Below, one piece after another: positions 1 through 12,280 of a DNA stretch of 38,136 bases. The DNA is from Chlorokybus atmophyticus (lineage: Eukaryota > Plantae > Mesostigma and Chlorokybus algae). The position numbers and the translations under genes were made by a program. The DNA lies in contig RHPI01000810.1 of the NCBI GenBank assembly GCA_009103225.1, positions 1,189,043 through 1,227,178 on the forward strand. Reading direction: 5' to 3'. Below the pieces are notes generated by a model. The model searched no databases, had not been told where the DNA came from, and saw only the letters and a program-made list of their open reading frames with translations. Each line of letters opens with the position of its first letter. Within the stretch, counting starts at the first letter, position 1.

Positions 1-41
1 CTTCCTCATACAGCAAAGGGCTTACGACTGTCAGCAAGCAT

Positions 42-1445
42 TCACGTGTCGCAATCAATTTTCCCTGTCAAATTGTCAGTGACATGCCACAGTTTTGCGG
101 TACGAAGCAGAGCTACCTTTGCATCATGACCAACTGTCCAAGTAACATGAACAGCAGCGACGGATTTATTGGACTCGCGCATGAGCCTTGTCAACTGCAT
201 CTTGCCCTCGTAAAAGAAGTCAAAGCCCGAAGGAAAACTGACAGGGTCCAAGTACTGCACCGACAGCGCATTGCTACGTTGTAAGCCTTGCATGGTGATG
301 TACGTACTGGCATTACCAGAGTTCAAGGGAATCTGCACTGCAAGCTTGGAGTCCAACCAGTGCTTGAGCGCGATATTGAGTACGAGTTGGTCGTTACCAG
401 CTGCGAACACAAAGTGCACTCGGTTGACTACAACATCGATAACATAAAACATCTTTGTGCAAGCATCTAAGCAGTGGCGGAAGCTGGCTTACTATGCATA
501 CCTGAACAGCAGTTCAGTTGTACATGTTCAAGAAAGGCCGCGGTCTGTGGCACAGCCTTCATAAAGTAAAAGCCAGTGTTGGCTATAAAACTCCCGTACT
601 GCGCATGGTGATCAACAACTTTTGTATTGCGTTTCCAAACGAAGTCGGTGGAGAATTGGAAGGCAATATCTGGTTGGATATACTGGAATGGATCCTGCAG
701 GCGTCAACACATGACAAAGGCTTTAACGCTCAACGACTTAGAAAAGGATGACAGAAAACACATCAACGACCACTTTCAGACCTCAAGCCAGCAGATGTCC
801 GCATCTGTAAACAATACATCATAGCCCAACTCGAGCAAGCTCTGCACCGCCTGCAAGAAGCACATGCGGCTGTTACATGCAGCGAAACAACAAGCAGGCA
901 CAAGACATGTCAATGTACTGTACTGCACAGAGAAGCTGCATCACGTCCACCTTCAGCTTCATGAAAGTGATGCGGATGAAGTTGGGTGTATCAAGATTGC
1001 TGAACGAGGACGTTGAGTTGATGCCTAGCAGCGTACCATCAACACTAATCAATGATGTTGTTCGCCGCAGATGCTTGTACAGCTGCCTGTCTTGAGTCAG
1101 GACCATGAACTTGATGCGCTCATGCAAACGCCTCACGCAGCAGACCCAGTTGAAGAGAAAGTCAGTGTACGCCATGTTGGCGGAGAGCAGCACCACCGTG
1201 CGAGCGAGGTGGGGCACGTGGCGGTCCGCATACACACCGGCTACTTGTTGCGCGGCTTCATCTAACTGTGAGAGACCTGCAACATTTCTTCTGGCAGCCC
1301 CGTTGCTGAAGCTCAACAGCGTTGTCATGGAGATCAGGTGGAAGTGGCCAGCTGTTTGTATGATCAAGCATGCTGCGGTGATCGCAACAAGAGCGGCACA
1401 GCTGCGCAATACACTGCACCGCGCGCGTTGAAAGGTGGGCTCCAT
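42..1445 (-). CDS. Nucleotide-diphospho-sugar transferase (GT77-like), copy 1; exons 1445-951, 850-782, 694-502, 400-42; about 371 aa, appears intact
   Basis: Four exons joined by canonical GT..AG introns give 1116 nt in frame from ATG 1445 to TGA 44-42. The protein has an N-terminal hydrophobic signal anchor, NMAYTDFLFNW, LLELGYDVLFTDADICWLE|DP (DxD motif), ANTGFYF, GNDQLVLN and a terminal HVTW...K, all typical of PF03407/GT77. Confidence 0.9.
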
Positions 1446-2460
1446 TGCAATGCGATTGTCCGTCACTGCTGTTTGTGCATAACACTTGAAGCGCTGGACG
1501 CCTTACATCCCACCCGCCTGTGGGCAGCAATCTATGGTTGAATGCTGTGTTTCAATGCAGGCACAGTGCAAACAGCCAATAGCAAGCTGCAGTGTAGCAG
1601 AGCAACCAGGACCGAATATTGACATGCAGACACCATGACAGCCTGCACACGGTGTGCAATTTGCATGCACACACACCTCTTTGCATGTCGTATATGAACG
1701 TTGGTCGCATGGAAAAGTGCACAGCATTGGTGTCCCTGCGTCATGCTATACCTAGGATGCGTACATGGCAAGTTCTAATTGTGTCAAGCCCTAAGGAGAT
1801 GCAAGACAGACCACAAGAAAGGGTCTCACACAACATACACGTCAGACTCCATGCAGGTGCTGCATGCAGGGCTTGCTCTCATAACCGGGGAAGGAGGTGA
1901 CATGCTGAGACTGTGCAACAAGTGAAATGGGCCAGAGGACACCCAACACAAATACCTCAGGTGTCTGAGTGCATGCACGTACCTGTCCCTCAACACAAAC
2001 GGCTGCAATGCCAGCCGATGGTCACCTCTGCCTGCTGCTTGACTGTGGTCGCAGTCAAGCTTTTGCGCCTGTGCGCCTGACCTCAAAGGAGTTGTGCGCA
2101 CAACTCAACTCAAGCTTCAGCGCAAGCGCTAGCGCAAGCTCATCACACCTAGTTCAAACTGTAAGTCAGGCTCATAACCAAAATCCAAGCTGACGCGACT
2201 ACTGCGCAAGCGGCAGTTACCAAGAGCTGCTTCACACGAAGCTCGCTCAAAGCTTCTTGCCTGACCCAGAAGCTCGGTCAGGCTGGCCGGGGCAGCACCT
2301 CGACAATCACGCCGCCAACCACGCCGACAACGTCGAGCATCCGTGGGTCACTGCCTGCATGCACAGGCAGCGTCACCAGCGTCACGCATCAGCGTGGCAA
2401 CAACGTTTCGGACGTAGCGTCATCACGCTCTGTCGTGACGCGGTGGCAAGTTGTTTTGGT
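1446..2460 (-). repeat. Upstream segment co-duplicated with the GT77 gene (copy 1)
   Basis: Colinear similarity to 19354-20430 and, inverted, to about 35620-36673 (e.g. ctcaagcttcagcgca, gtggcaac..cggacgtagc). Confidence 0.8.
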
Positions 2461-3714
2461 ACGCATGTATAGGGTATAAGTCGCAGTCACAGGCTAGCAG
2501 TCGCAGGTATGCTATGCTATGCTAACAGTCACAGGTATGCTCCAAGGTCCAAAACATACACCATAAGTAAGGCAAGGCAGATAAAGCAAGCAGAGACAGA
2601 TATTTACAATTACACTCCGGGGCACCTTACACTTCACTCACAAAGCATTCAATGCTCATATGTGCTGTGCAATGCAACGATGGGAGAGGCAGGTAGCAGC
2701 AGCAATCGCCAGCTTAAAGCACACATGGTATGTATACCTACTACACGCATCTATAGAGGTATAAGTCGTAGTCAACCATGCAGTTAAGGTGTATATATGT
2801 ATATTTCCCAAGCAATAACTCATGCGCAGCAAGCACGACACGCAAGCAGGCATGGAACAATTGGTATGACACTTGAGGCCACTAGCTCACACAACACTAA
2901 GTGCTTATATGTACTGTGGAATGGTGCAGTGGTGGGTTGGGCAGACGGTAGGCAGCAGCAGTCACTAACGAAGCAACCAACTTGACATATACAAAAATCG
3001 CTACAGAAAGCCTCGGAGCCGGCAGGTGCTGGAAGCAAGCAAACGCGATGTGATGTGATGTGCTCTACTGTGCTCGACCTCGCCCGCCGCTGTTTCCCGG
3101 CGCTCCCCGGTCTTTATGCTGGTGTAGCAATGATGTTCAACACTTTGTAACGTGATGTAATCAAATGACGTGTAGTCGTACACATCAACAAATGAATAGG
3201 TCGTAGACAGTTGTTAATAGCAAGCATTGCAATTGCATTATCGGCATCGCCTCTGCTCTCAACATGGCCAAAGCAGTCTTAACAGGCAATTAGATGCCCC
3301 AAGTAGTTGAATGCACGTACACTGATAGTCGAGCAAATTATATGTAAGCGGTTATCAACGTATTCGCGTAATTTCTTTAGCGGTAAATACTAGATTGGCA
3401 TTAAATGCTAAACATGCTGATTACTATACCATGTGCTGACTACGTATCTTTATGTAAGCTACATTATCATACCGTATCGTACAGTGTACACGGCCAGAAG
3501 CCCCCGCCCCCCCNCCGGTGTGCGTACATGACTCCCCTCCCCCCCACCTGTTTTGCTGCTCAGCAAGTGTTAATTGAAATGTGTGTTGGCATCAATGCGT
3601 TTGACACCATCGTTACATGCCTTCGGCGGCATTGACTACTTTGCGTGCTATGCATCGGAGTGTGATGTACGAAAGATGGTAGGCTCAAATGAACACGTGC
3701 ATGGTGTGAAGCAC

Positions 3715-4703
3715 TGTCACGCGTATAAGGCTGGCTTAAGTCATTCTGTGTTCCATACTTATGTAAGTAAGATGAGACCGGGTGCGTTTTCCATGTCATA
3801 AGAATGTGTAGTGCTTGTGGTGGCTCTCACGTGGTCTGCTCTTGAGCCTATGAGGCCTTGAGTGGGATAAACTACACAAGGTATTGCATATCAGCAAGCA
3901 TAGAGCTGGTCGGTACCATTAAGACATGGCGATGTGAGCCATGTGTTTGCATGTGTGTGCATATGTTTGCATGTGCATATATCCGCATATGAGTGCATAT
4001 GTGAGGATATGAGGTACGTACTAGATGTATGCGTGTGTATGCATGCATGCGCATATGTGTGCATATGCGCGCTTATGTATGCATAGGGATGCATATATAT
4101 GCATGTGTATGATGTCCTAGGCTGATGACCAGCCAAGGACGTTCACATTGCCCAAGGGTGATGTTTGTGATGTCCAAGGCTGATGTGACCAGCCAAGGAC
4201 GTTCACAATGTCCGAGGCTGATGTGTGATCAGTCTTGGACATGTAAACAAGAGGTCCAAGGGCTGATGTGGCAGCCCTAGACATGAGTTGTGGTCAATGC
4301 AACCATGACAAGGCAAGTAGCCTTGGACTTGTTCTAGGTCGGAGAGCAGCAAAGAGGGGGTATATGAACAGCCTCAAAAAGTGTTGAAGGAGCTCAGCAT
4401 GTGCATACTCGACTCTTGTGTGTGGGGTGCCTAGTTTAGTTGTTCAAGGGGCTCTCCCTCTCATCCCATGTGGGGTGTGATGCTTGTGGCAGCTCTGCAC
4501 ATGTGTGTGGGGTGTGCTTGAGTGTGCATGTGTGTGGGAGCTGAGTAAAGAGGTTGGTGGCATCCTCTCCTTCCTTGGCGCGGTGCTGTGACTTCCCCTT
4601 CAAGGTACTGCACCGTGTGTTGCTGGTCGGGCCTTCGGAACTCCTTGTGCTTGTGCATAAGTTTGCCAAGCCGTTAAGCAAGTAAGTGAGTGGTATGGTT
4701 ACA
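3715..4703 (+). repeat. 5' LTR (989 bp)
   Basis: Colinear with 15209-16130; 7 mismatches in the first 60 nt. Carries an extra internal duplication of about 60 bp near 4140-4200 and degenerate TGCATATG-rich repeats at 3940-4110. Confidence 0.92.
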
Positions 4704-4720
4704 TTGGACTCGGAGCGTGC
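4704..4720 (+). promoter_or_regulatory. Candidate primer-binding site (TTGGACTCGGAGCGTGC)
   Basis: A TGG-containing tract lies immediately after the 5' LTR end. I could not match it to a specific tRNA. Confidence 0.35.
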
Positions 4721-5058
4721 ATTCCAGGCCTTGCATGCTTGCCCAACAGCTTATGCACTTGCTGCACCATGTGTGCGTTGCATTCTTTGCTTGCACGCAC
4801 TACATGGCAGGGTTTTGAGCTGATTGTACATGCTAGTTGGTGCGTCCAGCTGCGTGCACACTTGCATGCACGGTGTGGGTCGTTCTACACGCTGATCTGT
4901 GCATTGGTGGTATGTTTTTGCTGCACATACACAGTATTACACACACATTTGCTTGTTGCTGCATCAGCTACGCGTGTGCGCATGTGTGCGCGCGTGTGCG
5001 CGTGAGTGCATCTGTTAAGGAGACCTGACCGTGTGGTGTTGGCTCTAACCTTTGTGGG

Positions 5059-5800
5059 GATGGCTGAGCAACAGCATACAGCAGAAGATGAGGCATCTTG
5101 GGGCAGTGATGTTGCCAAGACCACCCCACAGCGGACCACTTTAGTTGCCACGTTGTGTGAGCAGGTAACAGAGTTACAGCAACAACACGAGGCCAACATA
5201 GTTCAATGGCAACGGTCAGGTGACAACATTGACCAAGCGGTCCCATGCGAGGGACATGTTGGTGCATCAGTTGATGCAACTCGACAAGACCACCGAGACG
5301 CAAACGCAGCCGCGAAGTTCAGCTTGGACAGGCTCAGGCTGATGCTGCTCGGGGCCATGCTCTCATGTATGAGGGACATGAAGAGATCAAGAAGCCATGT
5401 ATATTGCAGGGATTGCCAATGGCTAGCTGCTCTGTGGACATTGATAAGCAATGTGCTTTCAGTGACTTGATGTCACGCCTTCCCCAACTATGCAATGTTG
5501 CTGTGAGGGAGAATGAGTTTAATATACACGTGCATACTCAAACTTTGCAATGTATGCAAAGGGCGAGGTCGTGTTACCTTGCGAGGAGATGGGCACAATG
5601 TTGTACCCATTGTCGAGTAATGATGCATTTCGTATCGATGCCTCATGTTGTTTGTTGAGTACCAAGCAGGTGACAAGGACGGTATGGCAAGGAACGCAAC
5701 CCCTTCCATGTGATGAAGCAAACTGCCAATGCGACTGACGAACCTCGTCACTTGGTGAGTCTTGTGGCAATGTACGCCAGCTTATTTAACGTCGCAAATT
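5059..5800 (+). pseudogene. Degenerate gag/protease remnant of the LTR element
   Basis: MAEQQH...VATLCEQVTELQQQ is gag-like coiled coil in the expected position after the PBS. HLVSLVAMYASLF resembles the post-protease linker. Motifs are heavily eroded. Confidence 0.45.
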
Positions 5801-6403
5801 CTACACGGTGACTGACTAAGGACTAAGGGACTGACTGGTGCCTGAGCCTGCCTGTCGCTGCCTGAAATACTACTTTTGGACTGTTGGGTTTGCCGTTGGC
5901 CTAAGTGGACTGACGCAGACGGCCGCGGGCCGAAAGTGGTTGTCAGTGGCACTAACCGGCCGAGAGTTGTCAACCAGTTACCCTTTGGTCGATGTGCACA
6001 GACGGCCGTTAGCCGGTAGTTACGGACAGCTGACAGCAATAGCCGGCAGTTTCTTTGCCGTTACACTGCTGTTAATATGTGACCCTTGCCGTTTGACAAA
6101 AGTTGGCAATTCTTGCCGTAAGCCAACACTAACATGCCATGCAGCTTGTACAAACCTTGGACTGATTGTTTGGTCTTGCACCTAAAAGCCCACAATATAT
6201 ACAATGTACGGGCAGTGGTGAGAGTATGTCGACTTACAACTGAGCAGCCGACTTGCGCATGAAACTACCCTATAACATTGAGTCTAGCTGTCGAACTCAT
6301 GCGCAGCTTGTCAACCCGTGGTGCCTGCCTTAGAACTCCTCCTCAAACCCCCTCCTCATGTTCCTCCTCCGACGAGTCTTCTGCTTCAACGCCGGAGTCA
6401 TCT

Positions 6404-7202
6404 TCATCCGCTGCCTCGCTCGCTGACGTATACTACAGCGGCTACTTCGTCCTTCAGCTTGAATGTCAGCGCCTCGCCGTGCACGCGCATGCGCTTGATG
6501 GTCGCTTTGAGAGTGACCACCTGCATTTGGTAATGCTGTAAGAGTGGCGTGCTGCCAGAGGACTAGCCCATCAGCATACACACGCTTACCTCGTCTTCCG
6601 CTTTGTTGCACTCCGCCAGGCAGACAGTCAGGCTGCCGCGCTGCTTTTGGTTCACTCTGACCAACATGGCAATCTGCAAGCATACTGCTTAATTACCGCT
6701 GGAAACATTAAACTAGGTCATGGATTACCCGTTCGCGGTACTCCGCAGCTTCTCTTTTGCGACTTGTGAGCTCCCGCAAGTAGAAATAGGCTGTGCATTT
6801 GCGAGATTGGTCATGCTGTTCATGTGCATGACACTGGAGGTTGTGCATGAGGGTGTGCATGTGGTATTGACAATGTATGTCAAGTGCAAGATACTTGAGG
6901 CTGTGCATGTGCAAGATAAAAGAACCCTAGCATGTGGCATTGACAGTGCATCGTAACACACCTTGGTTATGCCAGTCTTGTTTGGTCCCTTCAATCATGT
7001 TGCCGTGGTCGCAGCTGCTGGTGGGTCGGATTTTCTTAGAGGCAGTATTATGGTGTGCCTTTGCCCACTCGGAGGGGGAGCCCTGTAAGATATCGCCCGA
7101 GTCACTGTTGTCATTTGATGTGCCCTTGGTAGTCTTGGTGGGGTTTGACACCGAGGACACCCCTCCGGCACCCTGCCCGCCCTGTGCAAACATGGAATTC
7201 AT
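6404..7202 (-). CDS. Spliced orphan gene A (exons 7202-6962, 6790-6729, 6673-6590, 6535-6404; about 172 aa; low-complexity N-terminus, helical/coiled-coil C-terminus)
   Basis: Three canonical GT..AG introns join in frame (phases 1, 0, 0), giving ...WHNQ-AYFYLRELTSRKREAAEYRER-IAMLVRVNQKQRGSLTVCLAECNKAEDE-HYQMQVVTLKATIKRMRVHG...*. No family recognised. Confidence 0.55.
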
Positions 7203-7360
7203 CCCGGACCTCGACCACAATGCCCACTACGCCCCTGGCAGCGCCGCCAACGATCTTCCAAACGCCACATACCCTCGGCATCACGCCCCTGTAAGGGCAT
7301 AGCTTGGCGGAGCTATCAATGGTGTTTTCATGCGCAGGGGGACTGACATTGCCAGAGTTG

Positions 7361-7558
7361 TCAATGGTACGAACTGCCATTGCCATTGTACAAAGGTACC
7401 ATTTCAATGGTACCTTTGTACAATGCCTATACCTTTTGGCAAAGGCATCTTCGTACCATTGAAACGGTTCAATCAGAATATATATATATATATATATATA
7501 TATCCAGAGACTCACCCTGGACGTGCAATGGCTCGATCGTACCATTATAATGGTACGA
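7361..7558. promoter_or_regulatory. Cluster of AATGGTAC/GTACCATT palindromes in the divergent spacer between gene A and the transposase
   Basis: Perfect 20-bp inverted repeat 7384-7403/7406-7425, outer 13-bp IR 7361-7373/7450-7462, and perfect 22-bp palindrome 7537-7558. The structure is certain; the function is inferred. Confidence 0.6.
7478..7503. repeat. (AT)n microsatellite
   Basis: About 13 AT units. Confidence 0.95.
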
Positions 7559-7604
7559 CGGAGCCAGTGACTGGCGGCCAAGTTTCCCGCCTCTGGCATG
7601 CAAG

Positions 7605-7622
7605 GGTAGCGGTAGCGGTGGC

Positions 7623-7653
<31 letters not shown>
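7605..7653. repeat. (GGC)n / GGTAGC-GGTGGC trinucleotide-type repeat
   Basis: Read directly from the sequence. Confidence 0.9.
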
Positions 7654-7654
<1 letters not shown>

Positions 7655-7721
7655 GTGTGCGTGTTGCTGGATATGATGCAGGTTACATTGGCGACACCTG
7701 TGTCGACGTTAGTAGTGAGAT

Positions 7722-10700
7722 ATGGGAGTCCTTTGTCCGTATTGCCACATGCGCTTCGCCACACGCAGCTCGGTCTACATGCACATTATTAGCAGCAGGG
7801 TGTGCAAGCAGATCAAGCTGTATGTCGGCCAGCGTCCATTACAGTACGATGCGGGTCATGTTGAACCGGGGAGTTCGATCCAGGATGCTCACATGCTTGA
7901 TGCTGAAGGATTCCTCCAGGAGACACACGCACAGCAGCAACAGGAGGAGGAGGAAGTGAACGAGGGCTTTCGATGTGTGCGTGTGCCTGAGAAACCTGTG
8001 GCACGCCAACATGGAAGTGGAGGCGTCCCTTCGCACGCGTCGGAATCCAGGTGGTATGGCTCGGAGCATGCTCTTGCAGTGGCATTCGTGCAGTGCAACA
8101 ACGGCCAAGGCCTGTCGGCCTCCGACATGGGGCGGATCATCAAGTGCATCCGAAATGCACACTTCCTGACGGAAGAGCTCCAGTGGGAGACCAGTGTGCA
8201 TGTGGCCAGCTACCTCCGGACCACGAGTGCTTTCTCTCAATCTAACGTGTGTTCACGGTGTGCGGTGCATGTGCTTCAACCATCAGAGCCATGTCACATA
8301 TGCACATGCGAGTGTGCTGCCGTATCAAAACGACGTGACGGCTGACCTGCGCAAGCCTGGAAACCCTGAGGATCAGAACATCTGCGTCACATATATGCCG
8401 GCTAAGGTCTGTGAAATGCAGTACCTAATGCAGTATCGATGCAGTATCTATTCTGAGGCTAGCATAGTAAGTAATGCTCTTGGTCGGAGCAGGTATGGCT
8501 CGCGCGGTTGTATGGCAATCCACATGCCGCCAATGGCTTCAATCTCCAGTACACTGCTGACGAGCACAGCTTTGGCCATCCTTCCACGAGCGATTGATGG
8601 AAGGATGTGGAGGTGGATTTGAGGAGAGAGGTGGGGGGAAGCGTCCTACTTGGCGCCTGCCATTCTGTACAGTGCAAGACCAACCTGGGGGGGCTGGACA
8701 GCGCGGGCAAGCGCTCTGGCTACCCTTTGATGGCATCGCTTGCCAACTACAGTTGGGACATGTATGCTAGCAACATGGGGGTTGTTATGATAGCGCTTCT
8801 GCCGGTGGTTCACGCAGTGGCCGGGCATCCCACCTGGGCGCAGTGCAAGGAATCGTTCTCCATTCGAAAACGTGAGATTTTTCATGACGCTTTGAATGTA
8901 GTGTTAGGGGATGTAAAGCGGGCGAGTTGGGAAGGTCTGCAGCTCATCGACCCGAATGGCATCGAGCGTAGTGTGTTTCGCGCGCTTGCTAACTACATCA
9001 GCGATTTGCAGGTAATGGGCATGAATGGTTGTAACCGGATGCAGCCAGCCAGCAAACAGTGCATGGAGGATGTTGTTAGTAGAACATCTGAGTCTGTCGT
9101 GTTGTAGGAGACTACCACACTCGCACGCACTGTGTCGGGCAACCAAACACGACATCCTTGCGATGTTTGTCTCGTCACCTAATCAGATCTGTTGGAGATG
9201 GATGAGGACCGAGAATTGAGAACCGAGGCCTTCTACACACCAGCAATACGTCAGCTGCGGGCGGACCTGCATAGCGGTGTTAGGAATGCACGCCAGACAG
9301 CCAAGGCTTTCAAAGAGCAGCACTCCATGCATGTCGAGGAGGTAATGGTCAAATTATCGGCATTCGTGAGGATGAATGGCTTTCCGTGAAACCAGGCAAT
9401 GTGGTTTGGCAACAGAATGCACTATGGGGTTGGCGACAGTCGCGGGTGCCGGGAGCTGACTGCTACTCTCGTCTTGCCCCTGACGCAATGCATGTGCTGG
9501 GAGGCATCATTGACCACCTGCTTGCTGCTGTGTACGACACCGCGAAGGATCGAATGCGTCCATCCACGAGACAGATTCTGCAGGCCAGGCACGTCTTTGG
9601 TGTTGCTTTTGTGTTGAACACAAAAGCCAACGACACGTGCCCACGAGCAGATGTGCACAGGCTGAATGCATGCAAGGCGACTCTGCGGTTTTCGCACTTC
9701 AAGGCACCCACAAGCACAGTAGATTTCTTCCTGTCCGACCACTCCTTTCAGGTGGTGGAGAAAGTGGCGGTGCTGCAGCTGCTGCCGGTCCTCGCAGATG
9801 GTTTGCTGCTCGACAGTGAGGGCAACGATTTCTTCACCATTGCTGCCGCATCGCTTGCCCAGTGGAACAAGAAGTTGCTGAAGGCGCATGAACACACAAG
9901 AGAGACCCTGACCACAGCCGACAACGAGCTGGCTGCCTTCAAAGCTGCAGTGTTGCATCCGCTACTGTCGTCATATTCTGCACAGAAGTCAGGTTGGAAG
10001 ATCGAGAAGATGCATCAGCTCACTCATTTTGGGCCGGCAATTGTCAGCAGTGGACACCCAGATTGGTTCAGCGCCAACCGCATGGAGCAGACGCACGCCC
10101 AAAATATCAAACGGTGGGCGCGTGGTGGCAACAACCGGGACTACCAGGCACGTATCCTAAAGGCATGGAGCTGTGCGGAATTTGTGAGAGAGGATGGCAT
10201 GGTCGTGGATCTCGAGATGGGCTCGGTCATGGCGCAGGCGCGGCAGCAGTGCTGTAATGTCATGGAGAAGACGGACAAGTTGCTACGGATGGATGTGCTG
10301 ACAAGGAGGGAGTCCAGCTCGTACTGGAGCGGATNATGTAGCCGCCAAGTCGCCTTGAAGACTCCATTCGCCGACAAGCTGCCTGCCACCCTGGACAGCT
10401 GGTTGAGGAGGGAACAACTGGAGTTGGCCGACGGGTGGCGTGCTGTTCGCGTGGTGAACGGAGGCGCAGCGGTGTACATGACATCAGGAGTCAGCATGGC
10501 GCGCGCAACTGGGATGTTCCATGGGCGGCCTTGGTTCTCTACACTTGAGTTGGAAGGTGATGAGGACGGTGTGAACGTGACGTGGTGGGCTCAGGCACTC
10601 CTTTTTCTGCGCGTGGTGGTGTGGGGTGGTAGCGGCGAGCGCGTGTGGAAGGAGGTCGTGTTTGTCCGNTGTGGTGAGCGGAGGCGCAGCGGTGTACATG

Positions 10701-11088
10701 ACATCAGGATTCAGCATGGCGCGCAACTGGGATGTTCAATGGGCGGCCTTGGTTCTCTACACTTGAGTTGGAAGGTGATGAGGACGGTGTGAACGTGACG
10801 TGGTGGGCTCAGGCACTCCTTTTTTTGCGCGTGGTGGTGTGGGGTGGTAGCGGCGAGCGCGTGTGGAAGGAGGTCGTGTTTGTCCGCTGGTACACGAAGC
10901 TGGATGTGACGAGCGACACAAAGTGCATCGCTCTGGAATGGGAAAAGCGTCGAGGCGGTCCACATCTCGATGTCGTGACTCTGGAGCAAGTAAAAGGCAT
11001 TGTCCAGCTGCTCCCCATGTTTGACAAGGACAGCGCCCGTGTACAAGAGGGCAAGTATTGGGTGAACGTTCACTGCACTTCCACGTGA
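7722..11088 (+). pseudogene. Intron-containing Plavaka-like transposase (inactivated)
   Basis: N-terminal CPYC..H zinc finger. Plavaka-type motifs: GNPHAANGF, SD*WKD, (ILYSDKT), YPLMASLAN..LLP, FHDALNVVL, YISDLQE..HPCDVC, APDAMHVLGG, FSHFK, EHTRETL, KIEKMHQLTHF..FSANRMEQTH..K, and a C-terminal WFS..RWY..LLPMF..YWVN domain. Phase-0 GT..AG introns at 8407-8492, 9012-9107 and 9342-9415 join the frames. In-frame stops at 8595 (TGA) and 9180 (TAA). Confidence 0.8.
10461..10887 (+). repeat. Tandem duplication of about 208 bp in the transposase 3' region (probable assembly artefact)
   Basis: 10461-10668 is repeated at 10681-10886 with an n at the junction (10669). Confidence 0.85.
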
Positions 11089-11291
11089 CACATGTACTTG
11101 TCTCACTACTCTGAGTTTGGAGCATATCAGTCAGTTAGGCATTGCTAATCGTATGCTAAGACTTTTGCATGTGGACGTGTACAATACCGGGCAGCTGTCA
11201 CTGCACAACTGTCACCACAATCGAATGATCCATGCAACATTCAACAATCAGTCCGCCGTGTGGCATTAAGCATCAATACAGTGCACCACAC

Positions 11292-12080
11292 TCAAGCCTC
11301 ATAGTTCCATGACACAGGAGGGTAGTCACAGCGCATATCCATTGTTTCAAGCATGAGACGCCCTATGCACTCCGCCATTGCGGGAGGAACTGCATTCGCT
11401 ATGGAAACGGCCGAGGTCATCCATGGCACTCCCAGCGCTGTTTGCCACGCAACAATGCCGCCCCTGGTGCTTGGAAGGCCATAGACCGGGTACATCTGTT
11501 GTGGCGCGTTTGATGTCACGATTGTCTTCTTCGCGCTAGCGGATAGGTGCGGCGATAGCAGTCCAACTGCCTTGCCCGCGTGCGAGCAGCGTGCTGGTGG
11601 GGTAGCTACCACTGGCTGTGTCTCAAACAGACGGTGTCGGAAAGTTGATAGGCCAAACATCGTGCCACAAAAGGACAGATTGGGTCTGAATGAGGAAGCT
11701 GCTCCTGGCACATTCTCAGTCACAAACTTGGCTTGGCTTGCAAGCAGCAGACGTCGGACGAGCGGTATCATATCCTGGTGTCTCCAGGATGTGCCATGTG
11801 CCGCCCGTTGAGGTGCCGGGATAGCACCTGAATAGGCCTGGCATGGTGGACTGGCCCAGATGAGCTCGTACTCGCTCAGCTCTCCTGCACTCAGGGTGCA
11901 TACATCGCGGTGTATGAAGGGCAGCGGGTACTCAGAGGAGGGACTTATGTCCATCCCCATCACGTCAAAGCCTGCGTGGTATAGACCGACACTGGCACCG
12001 CCACCGCCGCAGAATAGGTTGAGTGCCCTTGGTCTGCGTGTGCGTCCCAGCTTGTTGTCAAATGGCGTGTATGTGGTCAA
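11292..12080 (-). CDS. C5 cytosine DNA methyltransferase, compact bacterial/phage type, intronless; 5' end uncertain
   Basis: Motif I LNLFCGGGG, II MD, IV ASPPCQ (catalytic Cys), VI ENV, VIII-like LCG.MFGL..RHRLFE arrangement (here FCGTMFGLSTFRHRLFE), and X W.T...IANAVPP...IG. The frame is uninterrupted for 262 aa, but it starts at TTG with no in-frame ATG before motif I. Confidence 0.88.
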   Translation of the reverse strand: MTTYTPFDNKLGRTRRPRALNLFCGGGGASVGLYHAGFDVMGMDISPSSEYPLPFIHRDVCTLSAGELSEYELIWASPPCQAYSGAIPAPQRAAHGTSWRHQDMIPLVRRLLLASQAKFVTENVPGAASSFRPNLSFCGTMFGLSTFRHRLFETQPVVATPPARCSHAGKAVGLLSPHLSASAKKTIVTSNAPQQMYPVYGLPSTRGGIVAWQTALGVPWMTSAVSIANAVPPAMAECIGRLMLETMDMRCDYPPVSWNYEA

Positions 12081-12280
12081 TGCTGGCCGTGGTGCTGGCC
12101 AGGGACTAACAATGATGCCGTCCGGGCTTACTTTGCGACTGACGTTCTCCCCTCCGGCGCGCAGAATATGGCGTGCCCCGTCAACTGATGTGTACGCGAA
12201 TACGTTGTGCCCTTTGAAGTTGATGGTTTGTGGTCGATCACCGTCATCGAATACTATACGGTGCTGCCCTGCAAACGCAG

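Noticed and set aside
4704-4720. Assignment of the PBS to a specific tRNA or to self-priming
   Set aside because: It does not match the iMet PBS (TGGTATCAGAGC) or the LTR 5' end, and it cannot be resolved without the host tRNA set.
10461-10887. Biological domain duplication in the transposase
   Set aside because: Near-identical copies joined at an n indicate an overlap or assembly artefact.
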